From NCBI RefSeq assembly GCF_000315625.1, contig NW_005434532.1, positions 33,007-97,006 on the forward strand: a DNA stretch of 64,000 nucleotides, read 5' to 3'. Source of the stretch: Guillardia theta CCMP2712. Its lineage: Eukaryota > Protista > Cryptophyta. The translations under genes and the position numbers were made by a program. Positions 1 to 12,081 of the stretch are shown here, piece after piece. The notes below the pieces were generated by a model, which saw only the letters and a list, made by a program, of their open reading frames with translations, was not told the DNA's origin and did not search any database. The first letter of the stretch is position 1. Every line of letters starts with the position of its first letter.

Positions 1-2394
1 CTTATAAGGGTCCCAGGAAGGGGAGAGGAGGGGAGAGGGGAGAGGGGAGGGGAGGGAAGAGGAGAGGATAGGAGATAGGGTGAGGAGGGGAGGGGAGGAT
101 AGAAGTCAGAAGAGTGACAAAAGAAAGGAAGAAAGAAGATCGAGGAAGAAATGAGAAGTGAAGGATGATGCGAATGAAGATGAACGTGCGGAAGGATGCT
201 CAACGTCAACGTTTTGGAGGAGGAGGAGAGGAGAGACGAGAGGAGGGAGCAGGAAAGGGCAGGGAGGAGAGGTAAGGTGAGTGAAGAGGATGAGAAATGA
301 ACAGAAGCGCTGATGTGACATGACACGACATGCCATGATGTGAAGTGTGAATGCAACAAACCTGCAGGACGCCAGGGGCCATCTGGATTGATTTCTGCGA
401 GATGAGTCGGCCAGCACCTCCGATGCCTGACAAGTGAAGTTGAGAAGAGAACGAGGGAGCGAGAGAAGGGTGATGGGGCAGGAGGATCAAGGTTCGAGCT
501 GCAGGAGGAGAAGAAAGCAAGAGGAGAGGAAGGAAGAGGACGAGGAGAAGAAGGAGAGGAAGGAGGGTGAGGATGAGATGAGGAGGCAGAGGTTGAGGAG
601 GAAGATGAAGATGAAGATGAAGATGAAGATGATTATGATGCGGAGGAGGAGGAGGAGGAAGATGAAGATGATTATGATGAGGAGGGGCGAGACCTGCGCT
701 GTCTTGTCGCTCGATAAAAAGGGACATGACTCTCTCCGCATTTGCCATGGCGCTTCGAACACTAGCAATGAAGGTCACAGGAGAAGGAGGAGAAAGATGA
801 GGAGGAGGAGGAGGAGAAGGAGGAGGAGGAGGAGGAGGAGAACGAAGAAAGGGAGGGGAGAGGGAGATAGAGGAGAGGATTTGGGGGGGGGGGGGGAAGA
901 GAGAGTTAGGAGTCAAGACGGACCTCAGGAGATACTCTCGATCAGGATGGACGTGAACGTCTCTCTGCTGCAACAGGATGCCTTGTCCCCTGCGGAAGGA
1001 TCAGAAGGGAGGAGGGAGACGGAGGTTGGAGGAGATAGGAGGGTGGGGAGGAGAGAGGGGAGGGGAGAGAGAGGGAGGAGGGAGGAGGGAGGGAGGGAGG
1101 GAGGGGAAGATACTTGGGCGGGGCGCGGGCAGCACAGCATGGAGTATGATCAGCAGCTTCACGAAGAGCAAGCTCGGTGCTGTCATTGGCTGTCCAACCT
1201 GCGGGAAAAGTAAGATGGGGGAAAGAGACAGAGGAGGAGAAAGAGAGAAGGCAGAGGAAGAGGAGGAGAGAGACGGGAGAAAGGGGTGAGAGAAGGAGGA
1301 GAAGGGAGGGGATTGAGGACCTTGTCGTCCTTCAGTGAATTGTGAGTTCCTGAGAATGTTGGTGTCGAATCGCAACACGATGAAAGGATCGAGAGCCTAA
1401 GCAGCATCAGGAGATGCAGGTGAAGGAGGAGGAAGACACAGGAGGAGCAGATGAAGGAGGAGGGGGAGAAAGGGGAGGAAGATAAAGGATAAAGGAGGAG
1501 CAGATGAAGGGGCAGGAAAAAGGAGGAGGAGGAGAAAGGAGGAGGCGAAAGGAGGAGGAAGATAAAGGAGGAGCAGCAGTAGGAGGACGAGGAGCAGCAG
1601 TAAGAGGAGGAGGAGTGAGTGGTTGTGGTTGTGGTAGTGGAGGCTCCGGAGACCTTTGGACGAGGTTGCAAGGTGAGAGTGGATGAGAAGTTCCCGCTGG
1701 AATTCATCGCCTGCATCGCCATCTGAGCGACTTGGACAAATCCCCTGCATCCCTCGCCCTCCTCCTCCTCCCTCCTCCCTCCCTGCCTTCTCTCCTTCCC
1801 ATCATCCTCTGATTCCTCACAATCTGCTGATTCCTTGTACTCCTCTTCTTCTTCCTCTTCCTTCTACCCCGATTCTCTCCTCTCCTCTCCACTTTTGTAG
1901 CTCCTCCTCCTCCTCCTCCTCCTCCTCCTCCTCCTCCTCCTCCTCCTCCTCCTCCTCCTCCTCACCTGCTCCTGAAGGGCATCGAAGTTGATCTCTTCCT
2001 CTTGCGAGGTCCCTTCTGAGAACCTGAAGCGCTGCAGCGACCAGTCAGAGGAAACTTGATGGCTAGTCAAAATTTCTCCGCGCGCCAAGAAAAACGTCAA
2101 AGATTCATCAAGCAAGACTCCAGGGACGTATTCTCTCTAAGAATCACGGGGCATTTGGGGGGAATCCCTGAAGACTCTCAGGGAAATTTCAAAAGTTCTG
2201 ACACATCTTGACACACATCGACAGAGATTGCTCGGCACATCACCTGATAGAGAACTCGCTCGAGGTCCCAGAGAGCCTTGTAACGCTGAGATGAACGTGA
2301 GGAGAGCAGGAGGATGAGGAGGAGGAGGAAAGAGGAATGGAAGAGGCGGGAACAGAAGGGCATCAGTTGTTGTTGTTGGTGGTGGTGGTGGTAG

Positions 2395-2435
<41 letters not shown>

Positions 2436-2756
2436 ATGATGTTGTTGTTGTTGTTGTGGTAGTGGTGGTGGTGGTGGTGGTGGTGATGGTGGTGAAACCA
2501 GTGGTGTTGCTGGTGATGATGATCGCTCCAGTTGTCAAGTGGAAGGTCGATCATACCTGAATGAGCTGCGAGGAGGTCTGCTGGATTTCACTGTTCACCC
2601 TGTAGCTCCTCTGTCAGCCCCAGAAGCCTCTCGCGCGCTTCCTCGACCTCGCCAAGTCCGCGTCCACTCGCTTCATAAGGTCCTTGACCCGTCCTATCTC
2701 GCTGAAGTTCGCTATCTTGACGGCCTGCTCAGTCATTAGCCCCATCACCCTATCAA

Positions 2757-2807
<51 letters not shown>

Positions 2808-5800
2808 CTTGCTCCCTCACCTGCTCGAAGTGGTACTTGTGCGTCTCCATGGTTTCCTGCAGCTGCTCGCGCTTGTCCTCCTTGTCGCATAGAACCTGAG
2901 GCGGGTAAACCGATGCACACGAGGAGGAGGAGGAGGAGGAGGTGGTGGTGGTGGTGGTGGTGAATGTGCTTGTGGTTGATGTTGTAGTTGTGACGGAGGA
3001 GGACGAGATCAAGGAGGGAGAAGCAAAAAAACGAAAAAGAAAGTCAACCTGATACAGGTAGCGGTACATTCTCGAGTTCGCCTGAAAACAATCCACCCAA
3101 GTCAGACATGTATATCAGGAGCAAGCAGAGAGAAGTTTCGTCGAGATGCAGGAAGAGAAGAGGGATGTAGAAGAGCGAGCAGGACAGAGGAGTGGATAGG
3201 AAAGAGAGAGGAGAGAGGAGTGGAGGAGGAAGAGGGAGGGGAGGGGAGGGGAGGGGAGAGGAGAAAAAGGGGATGATGACTGGAGGGAGGAGAGGAGAGC
3301 AAGGACGGACCTCATGATGCTGGATGAACATTTCCCGACATCTTGGGAGAACAATCAAGTCAGCTACATGACGCTTGTAGAAACATCGAGGGATTTACTT
3401 GCTGTCAAGCTCAGTCTCTCGCTCGTGCTTGCGGGTCCTGCGCCAAAGCCAGATCAGCTCCCTCCGATACTTGTTCATCGCCTTCCTCCTCCACTCCTTC
3501 TCCTCCTCCTCCTCCTCCTCCTCCTCATCACCATCATCCTCCTCTCTTGTTCTTCCCTCAAGAATTGATATCTTTCTCTTCATGCTCATCGACTTCGGCC
3601 CCTCCCCCCCTCAAACCCCCTTCCCATCCTCGTCCTCATCATCGTATGTGCTGCAGATCTTACATCACTGAGTCCAAGATGTTGCATCCTCTAGCAAGGG
3701 CCAGCTCAACGGCTCGGATCTTTGCCGTCAGGTCCTTGGCGATCAGAGCCTGAGAGGGACTTGAGCGAGCCGGAGAAGAGGAGAAGACTTGCTCGCCTGT
3801 CCTGTCTTGAGCTCTGCTATGGAAGACTGGATTGAAGCCTGGAGGAGAGTAAGAGGAGGAGGAGGAGGAGGATGAGAAGGTGGAGGAGGTGGTGGTGGTG
3901 GAGGAGGAGGAGGAGAAAGGAGGAGGAGAGGGGAAGAGGAGGAGGACGAAGAGAAGGAGGAGGAGGAGGAGTAACCTTGACTCTAGCATTCTCTTGTTGG
4001 ATCTGAATGATTTCGTTCTCGAACGACGAGAGCGCGCTGATAGAAGCATGCTCAGCCTGCACGTGAAGTAGTGAGCAGCGATCAGCGAGGCAGGAGGGGG
4101 GGGGGGAGGAAAGAGGTCAAGGAAGGCAAACGGAGATACAGAAGACAGATTGGATGACAGCTAGGGAAGGGAAGCGACAGAGGTTCAGACGAGACGAAGA
4201 GGAGGAGGAAATATGAACTTAAAGACGAAGAGAAAGGAATAGGCTGGAGCAGGAGGAGCAGGAGCAGGAGCAGGAGGAGCAGGAGCAGGAGCAGGAGCAG
4301 GAGGAGCATGAGGCGGAGGAGGAGGACCTTGATACAATTCATGATTCTGACGAGCTCTTCTCTGTAGTGTTCGATCCTATCTCGACATTCTCCCTGCACC
4401 CTTCAGTCAGTCTGCTGTCATTCTCTCAACACCCTCGAATGACTTTGCGCGTGCGAATTTCCATGAGCTTTTGCTCGGACGAGTTGTGCTTCTGCGCGGA
4501 GAAGCGTCAGGATGAGGAGGAAGGGGGAGGAGGAGAAAGGAGAAGGTAGAGGATGAGAAGAGAGGAGGAGGGAGAGGAGAAGAGAGGAGGAGAGGAGGAG
4601 AAGGTAGAGTAATGAGAAGAGAGGAGGAGGGAGAGGAAGAGAGGGGAGAGGAGGAGAAGGAAGGTTGAAGGAGAAGACAAGTGGAGGGAAGAATCACAAA
4701 CCTGATGGAACATGTTGTCCAGGTTCGACCGAACTTGATCATTTCTGAGGGCACACAAGAACTTTAGCAAGAGGGAGAGAGACGAGGAGAGGTGACCAAG
4801 CGGGAAAGTGCAGAAGAACGGACGGAGGAGGAGAGGACAAGGAAGGAGCAGATGGGGAGGACAAGGGAGGAGGAGAGGAGGAAGGAGGAGGAGGAGGAGG
4901 AGGAGGAGGAGGAGGAGGAGGAGGAGGAGGAGGAGGAATTACGGACCTCTTCTGATCCATCTGGAGGGCATCTCTCTCAGTGAGGGTTCGATTCCTGACG
5001 TCATTCATCTTGCGGATGAACTGCTCCTTGCCGTCCACCATGACCTCCACGCTGTCGATCTCCCGCTCGTTCCTCATCTGAACCTCGACCTGCTCCCAAC
5101 GTCAGCACGCGGAGGCGCCAGGAGCTCCTGCGGGAGCAGTTCGCTATCGGGAGGGAAGCAGAAGGTAAGATCCGGCACGAAGAGCATGGAGGTCGGGAGG
5201 AGGTGGGGGGGAGCGGAGAACAAAAGAGAGGGAGGAGGGAACAGGGATACGGCCTGATGCTTCTGAGAGGAGAGGAAACAGCTCACAGCAGGGAAGCGCG
5301 TGCGATCACGAGAGGGCAGAAAGCTTGTCAGCGCGTCCTACCTCGACCTTCATGGTGTCATCGAGGGACTGAGCAGCAGACATCACGTCCTCCGCATCTC
5401 GCGCCATCCTGTCCTCCCACTTGGCGATCCACGACTCGATGTCACCATGCCCGATGTCGTCCTGCATCATCTCTGCCCTCCTCTCCCCCACAGTCTTGAG
5501 GCACAGCAGGAACGCCTCGTACATCCGGGCCCGATCCGACTTGGCGGTGTCCGTCGTGCCCTCCAGCACCTCCGCGTTCTGAACAGCGGAGACCACGTGC
5601 TTGTGTAAAGCAGAGCCAACCTCGATCTCTGCTGCCTTGTTCTGCGTGCCCATGAGCGATTCCTTGAGGTCCAGGAGGGTCTTAGTCAGCTCAGACACCA
5701 TCTTCATCGTCCACTCCTTCCCTGCCGCAGGGTCACGACCGCGCTGGTCTCATCCCTTTCTCCACCTTCGATCTCCTTCTCGACCTGTCGCAGCTGCGTT

Positions 5801-6853
5801 GTCGCCTGTGTGAGCTTGTCGTACTCGTAGTTCTGCTCGGAGATCCTTCGACGTGCTGATAGTCATCATGTCATCCACCAACACAACCACCTCGTCCTCG
5901 TCCTCGTCCTCCTCGTCCTCCAACACCCTCTGTCCTCCTCGTCCTCCAACACCCTCTGTCCACTCCTCGTCTCTCTCCCCATTCCTCCGCCACCTCTTCT
6001 CCACCCTCTTCTGTCAAAACTCATCTTTCTAACCACCATCACCTCATCCTCCCCCTCCCTCTCATTCCCTCCCAATCCATCCAGCCACCTTCCCCTCCTG
6101 TTCACTTCGTCATCAACAATTACATGTGCGGGAGCGCTTCTGAGCTTCAGGATCAGAGCCACTGATGATTTCATCCACAGCAGACGCCTGGTGCATCGGG
6201 ATTGTGAGGAAGAGAAGGGAAGGAGAGGAGAGGAGAGGAGAGGAGAGGAGAGGAGAGGAGAGGAGAGGAGAGGAGAGGAGAGGAGATCAGAGAGCAGGTC
6301 ATGCCAGAGAGAGGAGACCGTCACCTTCACTCTGATCTCGTCATACTCCGTTGGAAGGTCAGGGATCGGGGCCTAGAAAGCAGCGGTGACGATCGCACCT
6401 CTAAATCTCCTCTCACTTCTACCTCACCTCTAACCTCTACCCCTCAACCAAACGCTCCCTCCTTTCACCTCTACCTCTCCTCCTCCTACCTCCACCTCTC
6501 CTCCAATCAATTCTCCGATCTTCCTCCAACAAGGTCGAGAGCAACACAGCATCTCCCACCCTCTCTCGTACCTGCGAAGCCTCCACTGCCATCCTCGCCA
6601 TGCAGTCCAGCGCCAGCTCATCCGCGCTATCACCGCCGTCAGCTCAACCGGCCACCCCCTCAGGCATCCGCTCAACCTGCGATAGTCGCTCTGCTTCAGC
6701 ACCGCATACAGCTCTGCGTGAGCTGTGGATGCTTCTCGCTGCAAATCATCTCGCTCCTGAACAACCAGGTCAGTCGCGCCGTGACCGACGAGAGCGCTGG
6801 TTCACCTTCAGCAGGACGTCGTACGACAGGCGTTCGGAGTAGTCGGAAGCCAT
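1..6853 (-). CDS. Large multi-exon coiled-coil protein of unknown function (3' end runs off the window; could be more than one gene)
   Basis: ATG at 6853 gives MASDYSERLSYDVLLK|GT..AG|ERDDLQREASTAHAELYAVLKQSDYR. Further E/K/R/L-rich exons at about 5306-5860, 4940-5090, 4330-4500, 3975-4060 and 2610-2895 are separated by microsatellite-filled introns. No family motif recognised. Confidence 0.65.
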
Positions 6854-7691
6854 GCGCCTGAGCTCTGAGGTCCTCAAGCTGGGCAAACATGATGAGTTGG
6901 GATGCAGACTTGTCATGTAATATGTCGCAAACAGAATTTGAGACAACAAGAACGATGTGTCGGATCGTGTGTTGTCTCACCCTGGTGGATTATTTTCGCC
7001 ATCAATCCATATCTGACCTCACCCAAGATTCGCCATCCACTAAATCTCTACCTCATCCTTCTTGGTCCTTCCATACCTCCCGCCATTCCATCTCCTCCTG
7101 CTTCCAACTACAGGCCTGCCTCTCAGCACCTTCCCTGCATTGTCTTGCTCATCGCAACCCATGTCCTGGAAAGCATACAGTTTTTTTTCCCTCATCAGCA
7201 TTTCTTCGCCCTTCAGCATCTACTGCTTCTTCCTGCATTCATGCTCTTTGCTACCTGCCCCTCAACTAAAACTTTGAACCCAACCATCCCGCCATGCTGC
7301 GCACGAAATGAACCCATCGGAAAAAAGATCTCGCCAACTCTCACCCCCCACCCCCTAATATCTAACGAAACATAGCTCATGACACCCCCATTTTTGGGGA
7401 GTATCCTCAAGAAAAAAGAAGTATTCTAAAACTTATTTTGTTAAAGTTTTGGTACAGATTCATTACTGTAAGACTAGACTGAAATATCTTATATTAGTAG
7501 TTGTAACCACCTCGTCGGCTGTCAAATCACTTAGTTTCAGGACATTGCACCCCTACAGATTCATCACCCACCATATCATTTTAGGTTAAATTTATCTGAG
7601 TTGTACCGGTTCAATAAACACCCCACCCACTGCAATTCCCTGGCTCATCACCCCCACCCCCAGTCAGGACGGTTACGCCTTGAGCGCCTGG

Positions 7692-7730
7692 TCAAACTTC
7701 AAACTTCAAACTTCAAACTTCAAACTTCAA
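7692..7730. repeat. (CAAACTT)n heptamer tandem repeat, ~5 copies
   Basis: Seen directly, just upstream of the gene at 7856. Confidence 0.9.
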
Positions 7731-7855
7731 GCGTTGAGTATCCAAATCTCACTCTCAAACTTTAAAACTCCGCAGGCCGCGTGAAGAGCCAATGGCGTTT
7801 TGAGCAGCAGCGCGAGCAGGAGGAAAGGCGGAGAGACGTTCTAGAGACTTCGAGC

Positions 7856-8180
7856 ATGCTGTTCAAGGGATTGAGACCCTCCACATCAGCAAGAGAGACC
7901 ATCCTCTCCATCGTTTCAGGGGTGGGCGGGAAGGGAAAGGAATGGGGCCAGTATGATTCCGATGCTCCTTCAGCCTATACATACACGAATGATGCCGGCG
8001 GGTACAGCGATGGCTCATCAGAGTGCAACTATGACAGCAAGGGTTTATTCCAGTGCAAGCTCACTCAGCCAATGCCATCAGGTAACCGATGACTCTTGCG
8101 CTTTTCCTGGTTTGCTGATTGTACGCTTTGCAGCCTTTCCTGGTTGGATGGGGCCGCCAGAGTCTTGGAGTGCACATTAA
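7856..8180 (+). CDS. Small G/Y/D/S-rich protein, 2 exons (intron 8082-8133)
   Basis: MLFKGLRPSTSARETILSIVSG...SECNYDSKGLFQCKLTQPMPS|AFPGWMGPPESWSAH*. A canonical 52-nt GT-AG intron keeps the frame. Confidence 0.65.
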
Positions 8181-8226
8181 ATCTGATTTGACCAGAGTCT
8201 TGGAGTGCATATTGAATCTGATTTGA
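8157..8226. repeat. 35-bp direct duplication spanning the stop codon of the 7856 gene
   Basis: ccagagtcttggagtgca(c/t)att(a/g)aatctgatttga occurs twice. Confidence 0.85.
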
Positions 8227-8590
8227 AATCAGGCTGATGTGAACGAGGGAGGGTGATTGGTTTGAATATCATGATGCTGTTGTATTGAGCTACATGCATG
8301 TTGGTTGAACTATCACTCAAAAGAGTTTCGTGCTGTGCAGCAGTTCCAGCAAGTGTAGGTATTTCTGGTGACCACAACTGAAACCAATTGATAATGCACT
8401 TGACATCATGTTGCCAGTAAACAGGAAGTTTGGTTGTCATATCTTTATAAAGGATATGAGTTTGTCTAAAGATTAATAAATCAGCTGTATCTGTGACAAA
8501 GATCGATCCGCAGAAGCAGGGAAGCAGCTGTTCATCAGTGAAAATCGAATACAGCGAAGACAGCTATTATCCTACAAGCAAACTACTCGC

Positions 8591-9102
8591 TTAAGAGAGA
8601 GGAGCATCGGCACCCTCAGCGAACATCTGCAAGGTCTTGTGCTCATTCTTAGCCTCGTCAACAGCAACCTTCACTTCATCAACAGCCTGTAAACCAGATT
8701 AAGGGACACATTCACATCGCTTGTCAGATACAGACCTCAGAGATTGGCTCAGAATCAGCGATCTCCTTGAAAAGTTCCTGATAGTATTCATCACCCAAAA
8801 GTTCCTCCATGTATTCGTCCTGGCCAGCGAAGGTCTCGAAAGTGGTAACCATGGAGTTGTCAGCGTCCTGCTCCTCTCCGGATCCGAGGCCGTAGAGGGC
8901 GACGCGGTTGCCCTTGAGATCAGCAGAAGCGATCAAGGCACAGCAGACGGTGAGTGCCAAGGCAGAGATTGCGAGGGTGAACGCAATCTATCATCATATC
9001 AGATCTATACGGTCTCAGCACGTATCTTGGTCCCACCTGGCGGGAAACAGAGTTGTGCTCCCTCTCGTTGGCATTGGAAGCCGAGGTTCCGTAGACCTGC
9101 AT
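8591..9102 (-). CDS. Small type-II membrane/pro-peptide protein, paralogue A (introns 8988-9036, 8687-8735)
   Basis: MQVYGTSASNANEREHNSVSRQ|IAFTLAISALALTVCCALIASADLKGNRVALYGLGSGEEQD...EIADSEPISE|AVDEVKVAVDEAKNEHKTLQMFAEGADAPLS*. Clearly homologous to 11082-11844. Confidence 0.85.
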
Positions 9103-9729
9103 TGAATCATATCACTGAACAAGAAACAATACAACCATCCGAACACCAGGATGACTACAAGTGAACACAATGCGCAAGCCACCATGACATCGATTTTGCA
9201 GGTGGTATCCGTTGAGGACGTCATGGAAACTATGGATGAAATACAAGACCAAAAAGATCAAGAACATCCAACCAATGTCTCGACATTTCAACAAAAACAC
9301 TGCTTCACAAGTTTGCATATTCCAGGTCAAATGAAAATCGAGCGGAATTCTATATCTAGCAAAGTTTTGATCCCTTGTACCATACGCAACAACAAAAATA
9401 TGATCACGCATGAATTGCTATACTGTGAACAAAATTCTCTTCTTGATATCCGCATCCGGCAAGCCCTCTCTCTCTCTAAAAACTCTGACTTTGACACGAA
9501 CATACTAGAAAACGACAGAACAACATCTCCCCCAGTCAATCACATTGCAAGATAACACTTTGAGAGTCCAAATTTCCCTTCCTCACATCAAGATTATCTC
9601 ATCAATCAGCATTGTATGCTCTTGCATTGTCTCTTTCTGTGCCATGGGCGACGGGATGTATCACCTTGACCATGGCGGTGTCTCTTCGCTGATGTCCTTT
9701 GGCGCGGCTCCTCAATTTACTTCTATCCT

Positions 9730-10680
9730 AGGGGGTAGGGGTACTCGAACAGGGGTGTTGAAAATTCAAGATGGGTAGGGGTATGTTGATAAGTAAGGGT
9801 GGGGGCTAATATAGAATATTTTATAATTGAAGTACCAAGAGAGAACAGAGATCTTCCTGATAGGTGCCTATTTCAAGAGTCTACTCCATCAAAGGGGGGT
9901 AGTGTGATTGTATGTTCCAAGAGGGGTTGGATGGAGGGGTGAGGTAGTTTCAATAGTTTCCGGGGTCCTGTTGTCTCAGGTCATGCATAGGTAGGGTACT
10001 CTGCCGGGGGTACATGTATATGCGCTCGAGGTAGTATTCCATGGGTTAGAGATGGGGTGGTCGGAAATCTGGGGGTAGGGGTCCTTATGACAAGGGTGGG
10101 GTAAAGCCTGGTCAATGCGGGTATGCGGGCCAAACTGGTGCTGAATGAGGATCGGATGAATCCGGTCACGGTCCAGTCCTGAGGCAACGCACTGAAGTGC
10201 CACTGGACCCGTACCCTTTGTGGTTATGGTAAGAAGGTGGGTACTTACAGTAATGGGAGCCGCATGTGAAGGGGGGTACACACAGGTTCTGCGAGTAAGA
10301 TGGGGGGTAGGGTAGCACGCACCTACTACGAGCGGCTCTTCACGTCATGCAGAGAGTAAGTGAAGCAACGCGCCATTCGATGATGATCCTGGCTGATGTG
10401 ATGCTGACGGCAAGAGTGCCGCCACCGACACTGAGTGTGTCATAACAATGTACAATCATCATGTCGCTAGTTTGCCGAGTTTCATGCCACAAATTCCGAA
10501 GTCCCGTGTCGGGAGTCAGACTCCGTACGGTGCTGGGTGTCACCCGTGTCCCGTGAATCCGGCGCGGCTCAGCTTCTAAGATGGGCAAGCCACTCGCTGA
10601 GGCACGGTGACTGTGCTCGGCTGGCAGCCGTGAAGCTCTCAGGGTAGTCCGGCGAGAGGAGTGAGTAGATGAAAGAGTGA
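9730..10680. repeat. Intergenic two-part element: GGGGTA-rich tract followed by a GC/palindrome-rich tract
   Basis: Same motif vocabulary as the blocks at 24340-26110, 31140-32600 and 59030-59990. Confidence 0.5.
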
Positions 10681-10682
10681 GT

Positions 10683-10824
10683 AGTTGAACGTTGCCAGTC
10701 TTAGCAAGGCATGTTGAACAGTTGAACGTTGCCAGTCTTAGCAAGGCATGTTGAACAGTTGAACGTTGCCAGTCTTAGCAAGGCATGTTGAACAGTTGAA
10801 CGTTGCCAGTCTTATTAAGGCATG
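10683..10824. repeat. 37-bp minisatellite, ~3.8 copies
   Basis: agttgaacgttgccagtcttagcaaggcatgttgaac starting at 10683, 10720, 10757 and 10794. Confidence 0.95.
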
Positions 10825-11081
10825 AGGCTCCGACCGATCTGACAGGCACTCTCGGATTATCGCTGTGTTAAGTTAGTTGGCAAACAGCACTGGCTTGCAG
10901 GAAGGGTAGATAAACGGTAGGAGATTCTAGCAGCCATTTTAGGCCGAGGTATTTGATGAGGATGAAGTCATGAAAAGCGATTATTGGTCGGTATCCTTGA
11001 TGTTGAGCGCTGAGCCCGTGTATTGATGACTGTGCGATCATCCTAAACACAAAGCTTTGTGTTGAAACCGTCACAAGCGAC

Positions 11082-11844
11082 ATGGACAGCGTGATGACGT
11101 GGGGATGGCAGGAATACGGAACTTCCGAACTTACCCGGACCCAGAGGAACGCTTCTGTTTCCAGACAGGTAAAGTGTTGTGTTGCAAGCAACACCTTCCT
11201 TCCTCACAAAATGCCTGCCTTCACTACAGATCCTGTACTCCTCCGTCATCGTTGCCGCTGCTCTTGCAGTCTGCACCGTCCTCATCGCCACCGCTGATCT
11301 GAGAGGTTCATGGCGGACCTTCCCTGTTACTGGCTGTTGAACTTGCTGCAGGATCCAGGACTGCTCTCTACCAGCCTTACAGGCCCATGATGATCAAGAG
11401 AGGTCAGATCCTCTACGGCCTCGGGTCCGGCCCCGAGCAGGACGGAGAGAACGCTGCTGCTGTTGCCTTCGGGGTAAGCAGGACGAAATGGCTCCCTTCA
11501 AGACTCCTCCTAAACTCTCCGGCAGACCTTCGACGGTCTCCAGGACTCTGAAGGCAACGACATCATCCCGGCCGCGTTGGGAGGTGACAACCTTCCTTCC
11601 CCTCCTCCTCCCTCACTCTCCTCTTGTGCTAACATCCTCACAGAGGACTATTACGTCCCCCAGTTTGAGGAGATCGCCGAGTCTGCCGCGGTCGAGGAGA
11701 ACATCGCCGAGGTCTGTCAGGCTGCAAGGACGGCACCGTCGGGCTTACTTTGCCCCGCAGGTGACTGGTGCCATCAGCGAGGCCCAGCAGGAGCACAAGC
11801 TCCTCAAGACCTTTGCCGAGGGCGCTGACGCTCCTCTTGCCTGA
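11082..11844 (+). CDS. Small type-II membrane/pro-peptide protein, paralogue B (introns 11169-11229, 11306-11351, 11474-11525, 11584-11643, 11712-11760)
   Basis: ..EYGTSELTRTQRNASVSRQ|ILYSSVIVAAALAVCTVLIATADLRGSRTALYQPYRPMMIKRGQILYGLGSGPEQD...EIAESAAVEENIAE|VTGAISEAQQEHKLLKTFAEGADAPLA*. All five introns are GT-AG and keep the frame. Start codon uncertain. Confidence 0.85.
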
Positions 11845-12081
11845 GCGAGCTGACGGTCATGCTGGCGACCCTCCTTGTGGAGAGTTAAGGGTCAGTAAAT
11901 CGAGCTACAACTATCGCGGGGCTCCTCTATGCAGACTGGAGGAGAAGAGAGTCAGACTTTCATGAGCTTTCATTCATGTCCCTCACGTCACGGGCTGCGA
12001 AAATTTGACGGTTGGTCGCTGATAGAGCTCCTTGAAGTTCCTCCTCCCGCCCTGCTATGCCATCGTCAGACATGCTAACAA

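Noticed and set aside
206-1722. Long poly-P/R/S/L ORFs here and throughout the track
   Set aside because: They arise from stop-free intronic microsatellites.
7692-7730. Interstitial telomere
   Set aside because: CAAACTT lacks the CCC/GGG core of typical telomeric repeats, and the GGGGTA tracts elsewhere are not regular tandem arrays.
10683-10824. 37-bp repeat of CRISPR-like length
   Set aside because: Pure tandem repeat with no spacers.
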